This document shows positions 16,820-26,546 of a stretch of DNA of 50,276 nt, piece after piece (position 1 is the first letter of the stretch; every line of letters starts with the position of its first letter). Position numbers and translations under genes: made by a program. The DNA comes from Candidatus Dojkabacteria bacterium. GTDB lineage: Bacteria > Patescibacteriota > Dojkabacteria > SC72. Where the stretch lies: the NCBI GenBank assembly GCA_016182915.1, contig JACPFP010000003.1, positions 456,390-506,665 on the forward strand. Direction: 5' to 3'. Under the pieces are notes generated by a model. It did no database searches. It had not been told where the DNA came from and saw nothing but the letters and a program-made list of their open reading frames with translations.

Positions 16820-19800
16820 CTAATTTTTAACCTCTTCTAATTGAGATAGATCTTCTATCAAGGCACTCTCCCCAGAAGGGATTGGTTTTCCGATTATAAC
16901 GCTCTCTTTCATACCTCGTATATAGTCAATCTTCCCTAAGATACTGGCATCGGTTAGTACTTTAACCTGCTGTTCGAATGACATAGCAGAGAGGAAGCTT
17001 TCTGTATACAATGCAGAAGCCTTAATACCCATAAGTTTAGGAAGGATGAGAGAAACGTTCTTTCCTGCCTTAACTAAAAGATCATTTTTAACATCTCCAA
17101 CAAATCTATTAACAAGAGCTCCAACTAGGTAGCTAGAGTCTCCTGACTCACGTACTCTTCCAAGTCTAGCCATCTGTCTTAGGATTACTTCAATGTGAAC
17201 ATCTGAGATTGATACACCCTGTTCATTGAACACTTTTTGTACTCCATCTAGGATATACTTCTGCGCAGTTACAATATCTGTAAAGGCTGCTAGCTTCTTT
17301 GGGTCGAGAGCCCCCTCAGTAATCTGTTGGCCAACTTCAATATCGTCTCCATCATTAACGAGAAGAGTCTGTCCAGGTAGTACGTTAATTGTCTCCTCAG
17401 CTTTCTTCAAACCTTCGAGTTTAATAAGTCCACCTTCTACAACTACTGTTCCATCAAATGGAGCCTGTTTCTCTACTCCCTCGTGGTCAAGGTACATAAC
17501 CTCACCATTCTTAACTTTTGAATCGTGGCTTACGTTAACTTTCTTAGCATCTGAAACAACATAGTATCTTACAAGTGGTCTCAACCCCTTGATTGAAACA
17601 ATTGCAGATCCATCTTCCTGGGTTTCTACCTTAGCCTTACCGTTAACAGTAGACATCTCTGCCTCAACCTTTGGAGTTCTAGCTTCAAAGAGTTCTTCAA
17701 CTCTAGGTAGTCCTTGTGTGATGTCAGTTCTCTGTACACCACCCTTATGGAAGGTCTGCATGGTCATCTGTGTTCCAGGCTCTCCGAGTGACTGAGCTGC
17801 GATTACACCGACGGCTTTTCCAGACTCAATTGTTTTATTCTGTTCTAGGTCAAATCCATAGCACTTCTTACACACTCCAAGAGGTGTTTTACAGGAGATT
17901 GGGGTTCTTACAAAGATCTCGTTTACTCCTTCTTTGTCGATTTTCAATGCAGCTTCTCTATCAATTACCTCATTCTTAGCAACTATAACGTTACCCTTTG
18001 AGTCCTTAACATCCTGAGCAGCATATCTTCCAAACACTCTATCCTCGAAGGAAAGTCTTCTATAATCATCTCTTGCAACCTTTAATCCAACTCCGTCGTA
18101 TCCACAATCTTCTTCTCTAACGATTACTTCGTGAGCGACATCTACCAACTTTCTTGTTAGGTATCCAGAAGATGAGGTTCTCAAAGAACGGTCAGCGATA
18201 CCTTTTCTTCCAGAGTTTGCAGCTACAAAGTATTCGAATCCATTCAATCCATCTCTGAAGTTACCCTTAATTGGAAGAGGTACCCAGTTTCCTGAAGAGT
18301 CTCTAACCATTCCCTTAAGAGTTAAGATCTGTCTTGCCTGAATCTTTCCACCGTTTGCACCTGACTGAATCATCTCGTATACAGAGTTGTTCTTGTCTAA
18401 CATCTTCCATGCATCTTCACCCGATTCATCTGCGAAGTCGTTCCACATGTCAGTTGAGAGTTTGTTCTTCTCTTCCTCGGTTATCAATCCCTGAAGGTAG
18501 TTCTCCTGCAGTTGAGTTTCTTTCTCTTCAATCTGGCCAATCTTTGTCTTTAGGTCATAATCAACTTCACAATCTTCCATTGCAAAACTGAAGGCAAGAT
18601 CTGTTGCATATTTGAAACCTAAAGTTTTGAGGTCATCAAGAAGTTTAACAACTACCTCTAATGGGTACTCTGCTTTAACAGTATCGACAATCTTTCCTAC
18701 GATTCCTGATTCAACTCTCTCATTTACAAATTCGTAGTCCTTTGGAAGTACCGCATTGAAGATAATTCTTCCAACTGTTGTTCTCCAAGTTTTACCCTTT
18801 CCACGAACGAGAATCTCTTCTGTTATTGGGAGGGTTCCTCTCTGATGAGCACGAACTGCATCTTCAAATGTACCTACAATTCTTGGTTTCTTTGTTTCAA
18901 CCATATCTGTTAAAAGGAAGAATCCTAGGAGCATATCCTTTGCAGGGTTTGCAAGCATCTTACCGTTTGCAATAGAAACAATGTTTCTCTCTGCAAGCAT
19001 AACGCTTCTTCCTTCCTCAATTGCTTCTTCTGTTAGAAGGACGTGTACTGGCATCTGGTCACCATCGAAGTCAGCGTTGAATGCCTTACATACTAATGGA
19101 TGGATTCTGATTGCCTCACCTTCAACGAGCTTAGGATAGAAAGCCTGAATACTATATTTGTGAAGTGTAGGGGCACGGTTTAGAAGTACAGGTCTATTCT
19201 GAATTACATTTTCAAGAATATCCCAAATTACATCTTCATTTGAATCAATTATATCTTTGGCAACTCTTATGTTAGGAGCCAACTCTTTTTCAAGAAGCTG
19301 ATTTATAACAAATGGTTTGAAGATTTCCAAAGCGATAGACTTAGGAAGGCCGCACTGGTTCAAGTTCAAGGTTGCATCTCCAATGATAACTGCACGTCCT
19401 GAGTAGTCGACTCTCTTACCAAGAAGGTTTCTTCTAAAGATACCTTTCTTTCCTCTAAGTTCATCTGTCAGGGACTGATATGGAAGCTTCTTATTATTCA
19501 TCATAGGTTTACTTGGCCTATGTGAGTTATCAATCAATGCATCCACTGCCTCCTGAAGCATTCTCTTTTCGTTTCTAAGAATTACTTCTGGTGCACCTAT
19601 CTCAATTAATCTCTTCAAACGATTATTTCTGTTGATTATTCTTCTATAGAGATCGTTTAAGTCTGATGTTGCAAATTTTCCACCTGGTAGAGGGATAATA
19701 GGCCTCAAATCTGGAGGAAGAACAGGAAGGATATTCATTACCATCCATTCTGGTTCAATTCCATTCTTTTTGAATCCTTCAAGATACTGTAGTCTTCTTA

Positions 19801-20719
19801 TTACGTTTGATTTCTTCTCTAGTTTCTCTGACTTGATAATTTTCTGAAGTTTTGAGATTTCTGCATCTAAATCTAAGTTCTTAAGAAGTGTATCAACTGC
19901 CTCTGCACCCATCTTAGACTCAAAGAATAGGAGTTCTCTATCTTGTAGGTCTACATACTCATCTTCTGTAATGATACTTCCAACCGCAACCTTCTCAAGA
20001 ATTGTCTGAAGTTTTGTGTAGAAGCCCTGTAGAACTTCCTCTTCCTCTGCGTATTCTCTTCTAATTTTTGCAAGAGACTGATTCTTCTTATGTTCTAACT
20101 GGCTCTGTTTGAATTCTACAGCTCCCTTATCTTTCTCCTTCTTACTTATTACTTTCTTCTCATCTGTAAAACCATCTTCCTCAACCTTTAATGCTGCATT
20201 TAATTTCTCCTGAAGCTGGCCAAATTCCTCTTTTCTAAGTTCTTCGAGTTTAGAAAGGGTTGTAGCTCTCATCTCTTCATCTAATCCAACAACCATATAT
20301 CTTGTGTAATATATAACTGAAAGAAGCTGTTTGTGAGACATATCAAGAACTATAGACATCTTGTTTGGAACTCCGTATGCAAACCATACATGAGCAACAG
20401 GAACGGACAATCTAATGTGTCCCATTCTCTCTCTTCTTACATCGTGAGTTGTGACCTCAACACCACACTTATCACAAACTATTCCTCTATATCTAATCTT
20501 CTTATATTTTCCACAGTAACACTCATAGTTCTTACTTGGTCCGAAGATCTTCTCACAGAACAAACCCTCAGGTTCTGGTCTTAAAGTTCTATAGTTGATT
20601 GTCTCAGCTTTAGTAACCTCACCATATGACCAGGTAAGGATATCTTCAGGTGAAGATAGAGTAATCTTAAGGGCATCAAAGTCCTTAAAGTTTTCTTTTT
20701 TATTCTGTCTGTTCATCAT
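16820..20719 (-). CDS. rpoC: RNA polymerase beta' subunit
   Basis: Zn finger CYCGKY..CDKC, LLGKRVDYSGR, catalytic NADFDGDQM, GEPGTQ. Confidence 0.99.
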   Translation of the reverse strand: MMNRQNKKENFKDFDALKITLSSPEDILTWSYGEVTKAETINYRTLRPEPEGLFCEKIFGPSKNYECYCGKYKKIRYRGIVCDKCGVEVTTHDVRRERMGHIRLSVPVAHVWFAYGVPNKMSIVLDMSHKQLLSVIYYTRYMVVGLDEEMRATTLSKLEELRKEEFGQLQEKLNAALKVEEDGFTDEKKVISKKEKDKGAVEFKQSQLEHKKNQSLAKIRREYAEEEEVLQGFYTKLQTILEKVAVGSIITEDEYVDLQDRELLFFESKMGAEAVDTLLKNLDLDAEISKLQKIIKSEKLEKKSNVIRRLQYLEGFKKNGIEPEWMVMNILPVLPPDLRPIIPLPGGKFATSDLNDLYRRIINRNNRLKRLIEIGAPEVILRNEKRMLQEAVDALIDNSHRPSKPMMNNKKLPYQSLTDELRGKKGIFRRNLLGKRVDYSGRAVIIGDATLNLNQCGLPKSIALEIFKPFVINQLLEKELAPNIRVAKDIIDSNEDVIWDILENVIQNRPVLLNRAPTLHKYSIQAFYPKLVEGEAIRIHPLVCKAFNADFDGDQMPVHVLLTEEAIEEGRSVMLAERNIVSIANGKMLANPAKDMLLGFFLLTDMVETKKPRIVGTFEDAVRAHQRGTLPITEEILVRGKGKTWRTTVGRIIFNAVLPKDYEFVNERVESGIVGKIVDTVKAEYPLEVVVKLLDDLKTLGFKYATDLAFSFAMEDCEVDYDLKTKIGQIEEKETQLQENYLQGLITEEEKNKLSTDMWNDFADESGEDAWKMLDKNNSVYEMIQSGANGGKIQARQILTLKGMVRDSSGNWVPLPIKGNFRDGLNGFEYFVAANSGRKGIADRSLRTSSSGYLTRKLVDVAHEVIVREEDCGYDGVGLKVARDDYRRLSFEDRVFGRYAAQDVKDSKGNVIVAKNEVIDREAALKIDKEGVNEIFVRTPISCKTPLGVCKKCYGFDLEQNKTIESGKAVGVIAAQSLGEPGTQMTMQTFHKGGVQRTDITQGLPRVEELFEARTPKVEAEMSTVNGKAKVETQEDGSAIVSIKGLRPLVRYYVVSDAKKVNVSHDSKVKNGEVMYLDHEGVEKQAPFDGTVVVEGGLIKLEGLKKAEETINVLPGQTLLVNDGDDIEVGQQITEGALDPKKLAAFTDIVTAQKYILDGVQKVFNEQGVSISDVHIEVILRQMARLGRVRESGDSSYLVGALVNRFVGDVKNDLLVKAGKNVSLILPKLMGIKASALYTESFLSAMSFEQQVKVLTDASILGKIDYIRGMKESVIIGKPIPSGESALIEDLSQLEEVKN

Positions 20720-23700
20720 TGCTTTCGATTACCTCTTCGAACTGAGGTTTACTAGAAATTAAATCAATTTTAAGTGAGAGTGCATTTAGTTCCTTTATAA
20801 GAACTTTGAATGACTCTGGCACATTAACGTTCTGAATCTTCTCCCCTTGAATAATTGCTTTATAGGCAGAAGATCTTCCCTTAACATCATCTGATTTGAT
20901 TGTAAGCATTTCCTGTAGAGTTCCTGGAGCTCCGTGAGCCTCAAGTGCCCACACTTCCATTTCTCCGAATCTCTGTCCACCCATCTGTGCTTTTCCACCT
21001 AATGGCTGTTGGGTAACAACTGTGTATGGTCCAGTAGATCTTGCATGTACTTTCTCATCTGCAATATGGTGTAGCTTCAAAACATACTTAACACCTACAG
21101 TAATCTTTCTTGGGAACTTCTCACCTGTTCTACCGTCAAAGAGGTCAACCTTCTGTTCCATCTTATATCCACCCTTCTTCATCTCTTTTGCCAACCATTC
21201 TGTATTTATATCCTCGAATAGTGGGAGAGCAAGCTTCTCACCTAAGAGAGATGCATACTGACCGAAGTGTACCTCTGCTGCCTGTCCCATGTTCATTCTC
21301 TTAATGAATGTTGGGGTTAAAACAATATCAACCGGCTTTCCATCTGCTGTGAATGGCATATCTTCAACTGGTTTAATTGCAGCAACTGTATTCTTATCTC
21401 CATGCCTTCCAGAGATCTTATCTCCGTAAGAGATCTTCTTTGTCTTTGCTACCCATACTTTTATCTCATGTAGTACTCCTGGAGATAGTTTATCGTCTTT
21501 ATCTGAGGAGAGTATCTGTGTATGAATAACGATTCCAGACTCACCGTGAGGTAGTCTTAGAGAGTTATCTCTAACATCACTTGATGCCTCACCAAAGATT
21601 GCTCTTAAAAGCCTCTCCTCTGCAGTCAGTTCCTGTTCTCCTCTTGGAGCAACAACACCAACTAGGATATCTCCTGACTTAACCCTTACTCCTGTTCTTA
21701 CAATTCCTCTATCATCGAGTTTCTGAAGAATCCTCTCATTTACGTGAGGAATATCCGCGGTTATGACCTCTGCACCAAGTTCTGTATCTCTAACCTCAAC
21801 AGTGTGTTCTCTAATGTGAATAGACGTTAAAAGATCCTCTTTAACAACTCTCTCTGAGATAATGACTGAGTCTTCATAGTTATAACCATCATAGAACATT
21901 AATGCTGCTCTAAGGTTGGTTCCTAATGCCAACTCTCCATCAACCATTGTTGGGCCATCAACGAGGAGATCACCCTTACCAAACTTCTGTCCTTCCTCTA
22001 CCCTCACATACTGTGAGAAGGATGTATTATCATTTGATCTGTAGAACTTTCTTAGTGTGTAATCTCTTCTTCCTGCATTCTTATACTTAACTGTCAATCT
22101 TGTTGCATCTGAGTATTCAACAATACCATCATCTTCTGCAAACACCGACCAAATAGACTGCCTTGCGACAACATCTTCAAGGCCTGTTCCTATGAGTGGA
22201 GCTTCCTGCTTAACAAGAGGAACCGCCTGCCTCTGCATGTTTGAACCTGCCAAAGCACGCATTGAATCGTCATGAGCTACAAACGGAATCAATGCCATAC
22301 CAAGACCTGCCTGCTGTGCAGCCATAAGATCCATATGAGTAACCTGCTGAGTATCTTCAAGTACAAATGATCCTTTATTTCTTGTTGGGACAAATGCATC
22401 TGTTATGTTTCCGTATTCATCTGTATTTACAGTTGACGCGGTAACGGTTAAATCTTCCTCATCCTTTGCATCAAAGTATTCGATACTGTCTGTCATGTAT
22501 GAAACAACTCTTACATTTTCTAATTGAGGAACTTCTGTTAAAGCTTTAGCCATATCCTTAGTTATCAATTGGCCTGCCTTAACAATTATCTTATTTCCCG
22601 CCTTAACATCATCAAGTGATACTCTATCAATTGGAGACTTCCCGTCATTCTTAGCTGTCTGAAGAACTCTTCTATATGGGGCCTCAATAAAGCCAAAGTC
22701 ATTAACTCTAGCTAAGATTGCAAGTTGAGTAACAACACCGATTGCCTGACTTTCAGGACTGGTTACTGGGTCGAATCTTGAGTAGTGTGAGTTATGGACT
22801 TCACGAACAGAGAAGGTAGCCCTCTCTTTAACAAGTCCACCCTGACCTGAAGCTGTAACCTTTCTCTTATTCTCTAATTCAGATAGAACATTTGACTGTT
22901 CCATGAATGTAGATAACTGGTTTGAACCGAAGAAAGACTGCATTGCTGCTGAAACAGGTTTAGTACTTATAAGCATTGATGGAGTTAGCTTAGCATCTTG
23001 GCCGTACATGCTCATCTTATCTTTAATATTCTTCTCTAATCTTCTAACACCAACGGAAAGTTGCTTTAGAAGAACCTCCCCAACACTTCTAATTCTTCTA
23101 TTTGAGAGGTGATCAATATCATCTGGCTGTACAACACCATTGTTAACTTCGATAAGTCTTCTTACAAGAGCAATTAAGTCTTCAATGTGAAGTCTTGAAT
23201 CATGGCCATCAACTGGGTAATCAAGTCCTAATTTTCTATTAATCTGATACCTACCAACTCTTCCCAAATCAAACTTTCTTACATTAAAGAAGTGCCCTTT
23301 AATATACTTTTCAGCACTATCTAATGTAACCGATTCATCTGGTCTAAGTTTATTGTATATACTTATAACGGCCTCTTCCTTACTCTTTGTAAAATCTCTA
23401 GCCAGGGTAGACTCTATATATTTATACTCTTCATGATCATCAACCTTCTCAAAGAGAGCTTTAATCTCTTCATCTGTTTCATAACCAAAAACCCTGAATA
23501 GCTCAGTTATTAATACTCTTGGTCTTTTTGGAATCAATCTTAGAGAGATTACATTATACTTACTTACTTCAAATTCATACCATGGTCCACCACCCGGCAT
23601 TAATCTTGCCTTATATAAAACTCTGTTTGGCATAACCTCATTAGCCTCAAAGAGAACACCTTCTGCTCTAACAATCTGGTGAGTAACGACCCTTCTAACT

Positions 23701-24086
23701 CCATTTACAACAAAGAATCCATCGTTTGTCATTAATGGGAGATCAGCAACAAAAATTTCCTGTTCCTTAATCTCGCCAGTCTTATTATTTAGAAGTTGAA
23801 CGGTAGAATAAATAGGAGCTTCATATGAAAGCCCCTTATCAGTTGCATCATCTATTGATCTATATGGATCACCAACTCTATAGTCCTTAAACTCGAGAGT
23901 CCACATTCTTTCCATCGTATCCTTCACAGGATTTATCTCATTAAAGAGGGTTTTAACCCCGGCTTCCATGAAAGATTCGAAAGATTTAATCTGAGCTTCG
24001 ATAAGGTTTGGGAAAGAAATTTCCCTAGTAGAGCCAAGTCCAAGGTTTACTCTTCCGGCTCTATTTTTCATAGGTTCTTTTGACAT
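20700..24086 (-). CDS. rpoB: RNA polymerase beta subunit
   Basis: DDIDHLSNRR, SNMQRQAVP, GYNYEDS and GGQRFGEMEVWALEA motifs; ATG at 24086 preferred over TTG at 24116. Confidence 0.99.
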   Translation of the reverse strand: MSKEPMKNRAGRVNLGLGSTREISFPNLIEAQIKSFESFMEAGVKTLFNEINPVKDTMERMWTLEFKDYRVGDPYRSIDDATDKGLSYEAPIYSTVQLLNNKTGEIKEQEIFVADLPLMTNDGFFVVNGVRRVVTHQIVRAEGVLFEANEVMPNRVLYKARLMPGGGPWYEFEVSKYNVISLRLIPKRPRVLITELFRVFGYETDEEIKALFEKVDDHEEYKYIESTLARDFTKSKEEAVISIYNKLRPDESVTLDSAEKYIKGHFFNVRKFDLGRVGRYQINRKLGLDYPVDGHDSRLHIEDLIALVRRLIEVNNGVVQPDDIDHLSNRRIRSVGEVLLKQLSVGVRRLEKNIKDKMSMYGQDAKLTPSMLISTKPVSAAMQSFFGSNQLSTFMEQSNVLSELENKRKVTASGQGGLVKERATFSVREVHNSHYSRFDPVTSPESQAIGVVTQLAILARVNDFGFIEAPYRRVLQTAKNDGKSPIDRVSLDDVKAGNKIIVKAGQLITKDMAKALTEVPQLENVRVVSYMTDSIEYFDAKDEEDLTVTASTVNTDEYGNITDAFVPTRNKGSFVLEDTQQVTHMDLMAAQQAGLGMALIPFVAHDDSMRALAGSNMQRQAVPLVKQEAPLIGTGLEDVVARQSIWSVFAEDDGIVEYSDATRLTVKYKNAGRRDYTLRKFYRSNDNTSFSQYVRVEEGQKFGKGDLLVDGPTMVDGELALGTNLRAALMFYDGYNYEDSVIISERVVKEDLLTSIHIREHTVEVRDTELGAEVITADIPHVNERILQKLDDRGIVRTGVRVKSGDILVGVVAPRGEQELTAEERLLRAIFGEASSDVRDNSLRLPHGESGIVIHTQILSSDKDDKLSPGVLHEIKVWVAKTKKISYGDKISGRHGDKNTVAAIKPVEDMPFTADGKPVDIVLTPTFIKRMNMGQAAEVHFGQYASLLGEKLALPLFEDINTEWLAKEMKKGGYKMEQKVDLFDGRTGEKFPRKITVGVKYVLKLHHIADEKVHARSTGPYTVVTQQPLGGKAQMGGQRFGEMEVWALEAHGAPGTLQEMLTIKSDDVKGRSSAYKAIIQGEKIQNVNVPESFKVLIKELNALSLKIDLISSKPQFEEVIESNDEQTE

Positions 24087-24214
24087 GAATGTTTTAAAAG
24101 GCCTTAAATTAAACAAAATTTATGATCTTCACTTATTCTCAATAACTGACTGCAATCCTCTAGAACCTATTAAAATCGTTTTCCTAACTGCATTAATCGG
24201 AAATTATCGTGGCA

Positions 24215-24302
24215 ATCCTATCACATTTAACCTTCTTTGTCAAAACGTTTTTTAGATGGAAGTTTAGTATCTAATACTATATTATGGAAGGACTATTGTC
24301 AA
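24215..24302 (-). promoter_or_regulatory. Two tandem sigma70 promoters for rpoBC
   Basis: Minus strand TTGACA (24243-24238)-17-TAGGAT (24220-24215, extended TG) and TTGACA (24302-24297)-17-TAGTAT (24279-24274). Confidence 0.7.
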
Positions 24303-24333
24303 AGATACATTATAATAATATAAATAAAGTAGT

Positions 24334-26526
24334 ATGGGCAGAAAGAAGAGATCTAAGAAAATAAAAGATATCAATATACATAGCGATGAGACTCGAGTTC
24401 TTGGAGCAATCATATTGCTTCTAATTAGTCTTGCACTAATAATTTCTCCCTTCTTTGACTCACAATTATTAAGAAAAGTTGTGGAACTCTTCGGGTACAG
24501 CTCAATTGCCTTTGGTATTACAACTCTATATCTGGCAATGAGGTTTTTCAGTTCAAAGGCTGTTTTTAAATCATGGAAGCTTCAGTTTGGACTTCTTCTT
24601 TTTTCCCTTGCTTTTGCTACATTCCTAACCTTCTGGGTCCCAACAGACCAGCTCCAAAGCAGTGTGACTTATGAACTTCCAGCAGGAGAGATTGGATACT
24701 CACTTCATATACTTCTTCTCTCATATTTAGGAAAGTTCCTTGAATTTGTAGTTTTAATTGTAACATTTGTAATATCTATATCTCTAATAACAAGTATCAA
24801 ACTCACTCAGCTTAGAGATTATGTCGAGAAATCGTTTGAAGGTGGAGAGGGCTTTCAGTTCAAAGGGGCACTAGAAGAACAGATTAAACCTGAACATGCA
24901 GAGGATACGGGTGAAGACCAGTCTAGAATGGATAGCCTGATTAAGGGCCTTGGACAGAAGAAAGATGAGGAAGAGATTATATTTAGTAACAATACGGAAC
25001 AGCAACAGGGACAAAGGGAGTTGCAAAGATATACTCCTGATGGAAGTCAAAGCTCACTTGAACTGGAGACAGACGCTCCAAAATATGCAAACTGGAGGTT
25101 TCCATCTCTCGACCTTCTTCAAGATCCTGTAGTTCAGCCACAAAACAAAGAAGTTTTTAAGAAGAATGCATTGATAATTGAACAGACTCTCAGAAGCTTC
25201 GGAGTTCTAGCCAAGGTTGCAGAGATATCAGTAGGACCAACGGTTGTACAATATGCCCTAAGTATAAGTGTAGGTATAAAAGTGTCAAAGGTTAGAAACC
25301 TGACCAACGACCTCGCCCTTGCCCTTGCAGCTCCAGCCTCAAGTGTAAGAATTGAAGCACCAATACCTGGAACATCACTAATTGGAATAGAAGCTCCAAA
25401 CCCAACTCCTAACTATGTATATGCAAAAGAAATGGCAAACCAACTCCTTAAAGACAAGGATAAATACCAGTTACCATTGATTCTAGGAAAAGATGTAGCG
25501 GGGAAGTTAATAATCAGGGACCTTGCAGACCTTCCTCACATCCTTGTTGCTGGTGCCACAGGAACTGGTAAATCTGTTGGTATTAACTCAATCCTTCTTG
25601 GACTTCTTTTAACTAAGTCCCCTGATGAGCTTAGGTTCATACTTGTAGATCCTAAGATGGTAGAAATGGCACCGTATAACGGGATTCCGCATCTTCTAAC
25701 TCCCGTAATTACAGATATGGAACTTGTCGTTAATGCCCTTCAGTGGGCCATTGAAGAGATGTTGAAGCGATATAGAATCTTAAAACAGATGGGAGTAAAA
25801 AAGATAACTGAATATAATCAGAGAATGGGATTCAGCGCTATGCCATATATCGTAATTGTAATCGATGAAATGGCCGACCTGATGCTTTCAACAGGCGTTG
25901 ATGTAGAAACGAAGATTGTAAGACTTGCACAGATGGCAAGAGCTGTGGGTATACATCTAATTCTTGCAACACAGAGGCCATCAGTAAATGTAATTACAGG
26001 ACTCATCAAAGCAAACATGCCTGGAAGGTTAGCATTTAGTGTTACAACAGCAATAGATTCAAGGGTCGTAATCGATCAGATTGGCGCAGAAACTCTCCTT
26101 GGAAAAGGCGATATGCTCTTCAAATCACCATCGCATCCTAGACCAATCAGAATTCAAGGCTCCTTTACAGATAACAACGATCTCGACAATGTAATTAATT
26201 ATATAAAAGATCAGACCGATGTAATTGAATATAGCGAGGAAATAACAAAAACACAGACAGCAGAGAAGAAGGGAAGTGATGTTCCGACAGAGGATGACCC
26301 AATCTTCCGAGAAGCCCTAGATGTGATTGTAAACGCACAGAAGGCTTCAGCCTCACTTCTTCAGAGAAAACTTCGAATAGGGTATAACAGAGCCGCAAGA
26401 CTGATGGACGAGCTCGAGGAGGCAGGAGCAATTGGCCCCCAGGATGGAAGTAATGCTCGAAAGGTGCTAATCTCTAGTCCACAACAGATACTTGGTAATG
26501 ACCAAGGCGATTCACTGCCCCAATAA
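24334..26526 (+). CDS. ftsK: DNA translocase FtsK
   Basis: N-terminal TM helices, PHILVAGATGTGKS, IVIDEMAD, LATQRPS and the gamma domain LQRKLRIGYNRAARL. Confidence 0.97.
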   Translation: MGRKKRSKKIKDINIHSDETRVLGAIILLLISLALIISPFFDSQLLRKVVELFGYSSIAFGITTLYLAMRFFSSKAVFKSWKLQFGLLLFSLAFATFLTFWVPTDQLQSSVTYELPAGEIGYSLHILLLSYLGKFLEFVVLIVTFVISISLITSIKLTQLRDYVEKSFEGGEGFQFKGALEEQIKPEHAEDTGEDQSRMDSLIKGLGQKKDEEEIIFSNNTEQQQGQRELQRYTPDGSQSSLELETDAPKYANWRFPSLDLLQDPVVQPQNKEVFKKNALIIEQTLRSFGVLAKVAEISVGPTVVQYALSISVGIKVSKVRNLTNDLALALAAPASSVRIEAPIPGTSLIGIEAPNPTPNYVYAKEMANQLLKDKDKYQLPLILGKDVAGKLIIRDLADLPHILVAGATGTGKSVGINSILLGLLLTKSPDELRFILVDPKMVEMAPYNGIPHLLTPVITDMELVVNALQWAIEEMLKRYRILKQMGVKKITEYNQRMGFSAMPYIVIVIDEMADLMLSTGVDVETKIVRLAQMARAVGIHLILATQRPSVNVITGLIKANMPGRLAFSVTTAIDSRVVIDQIGAETLLGKGDMLFKSPSHPRPIRIQGSFTDNNDLDNVINYIKDQTDVIEYSEEITKTQTAEKKGSDVPTEDDPIFREALDVIVNAQKASASLLQRKLRIGYNRAARLMDELEEAGAIGPQDGSNARKVLISSPQQILGNDQGDSLPQ

Positions 26527-26546
26527 GTATATTTGATAATTAAAGT

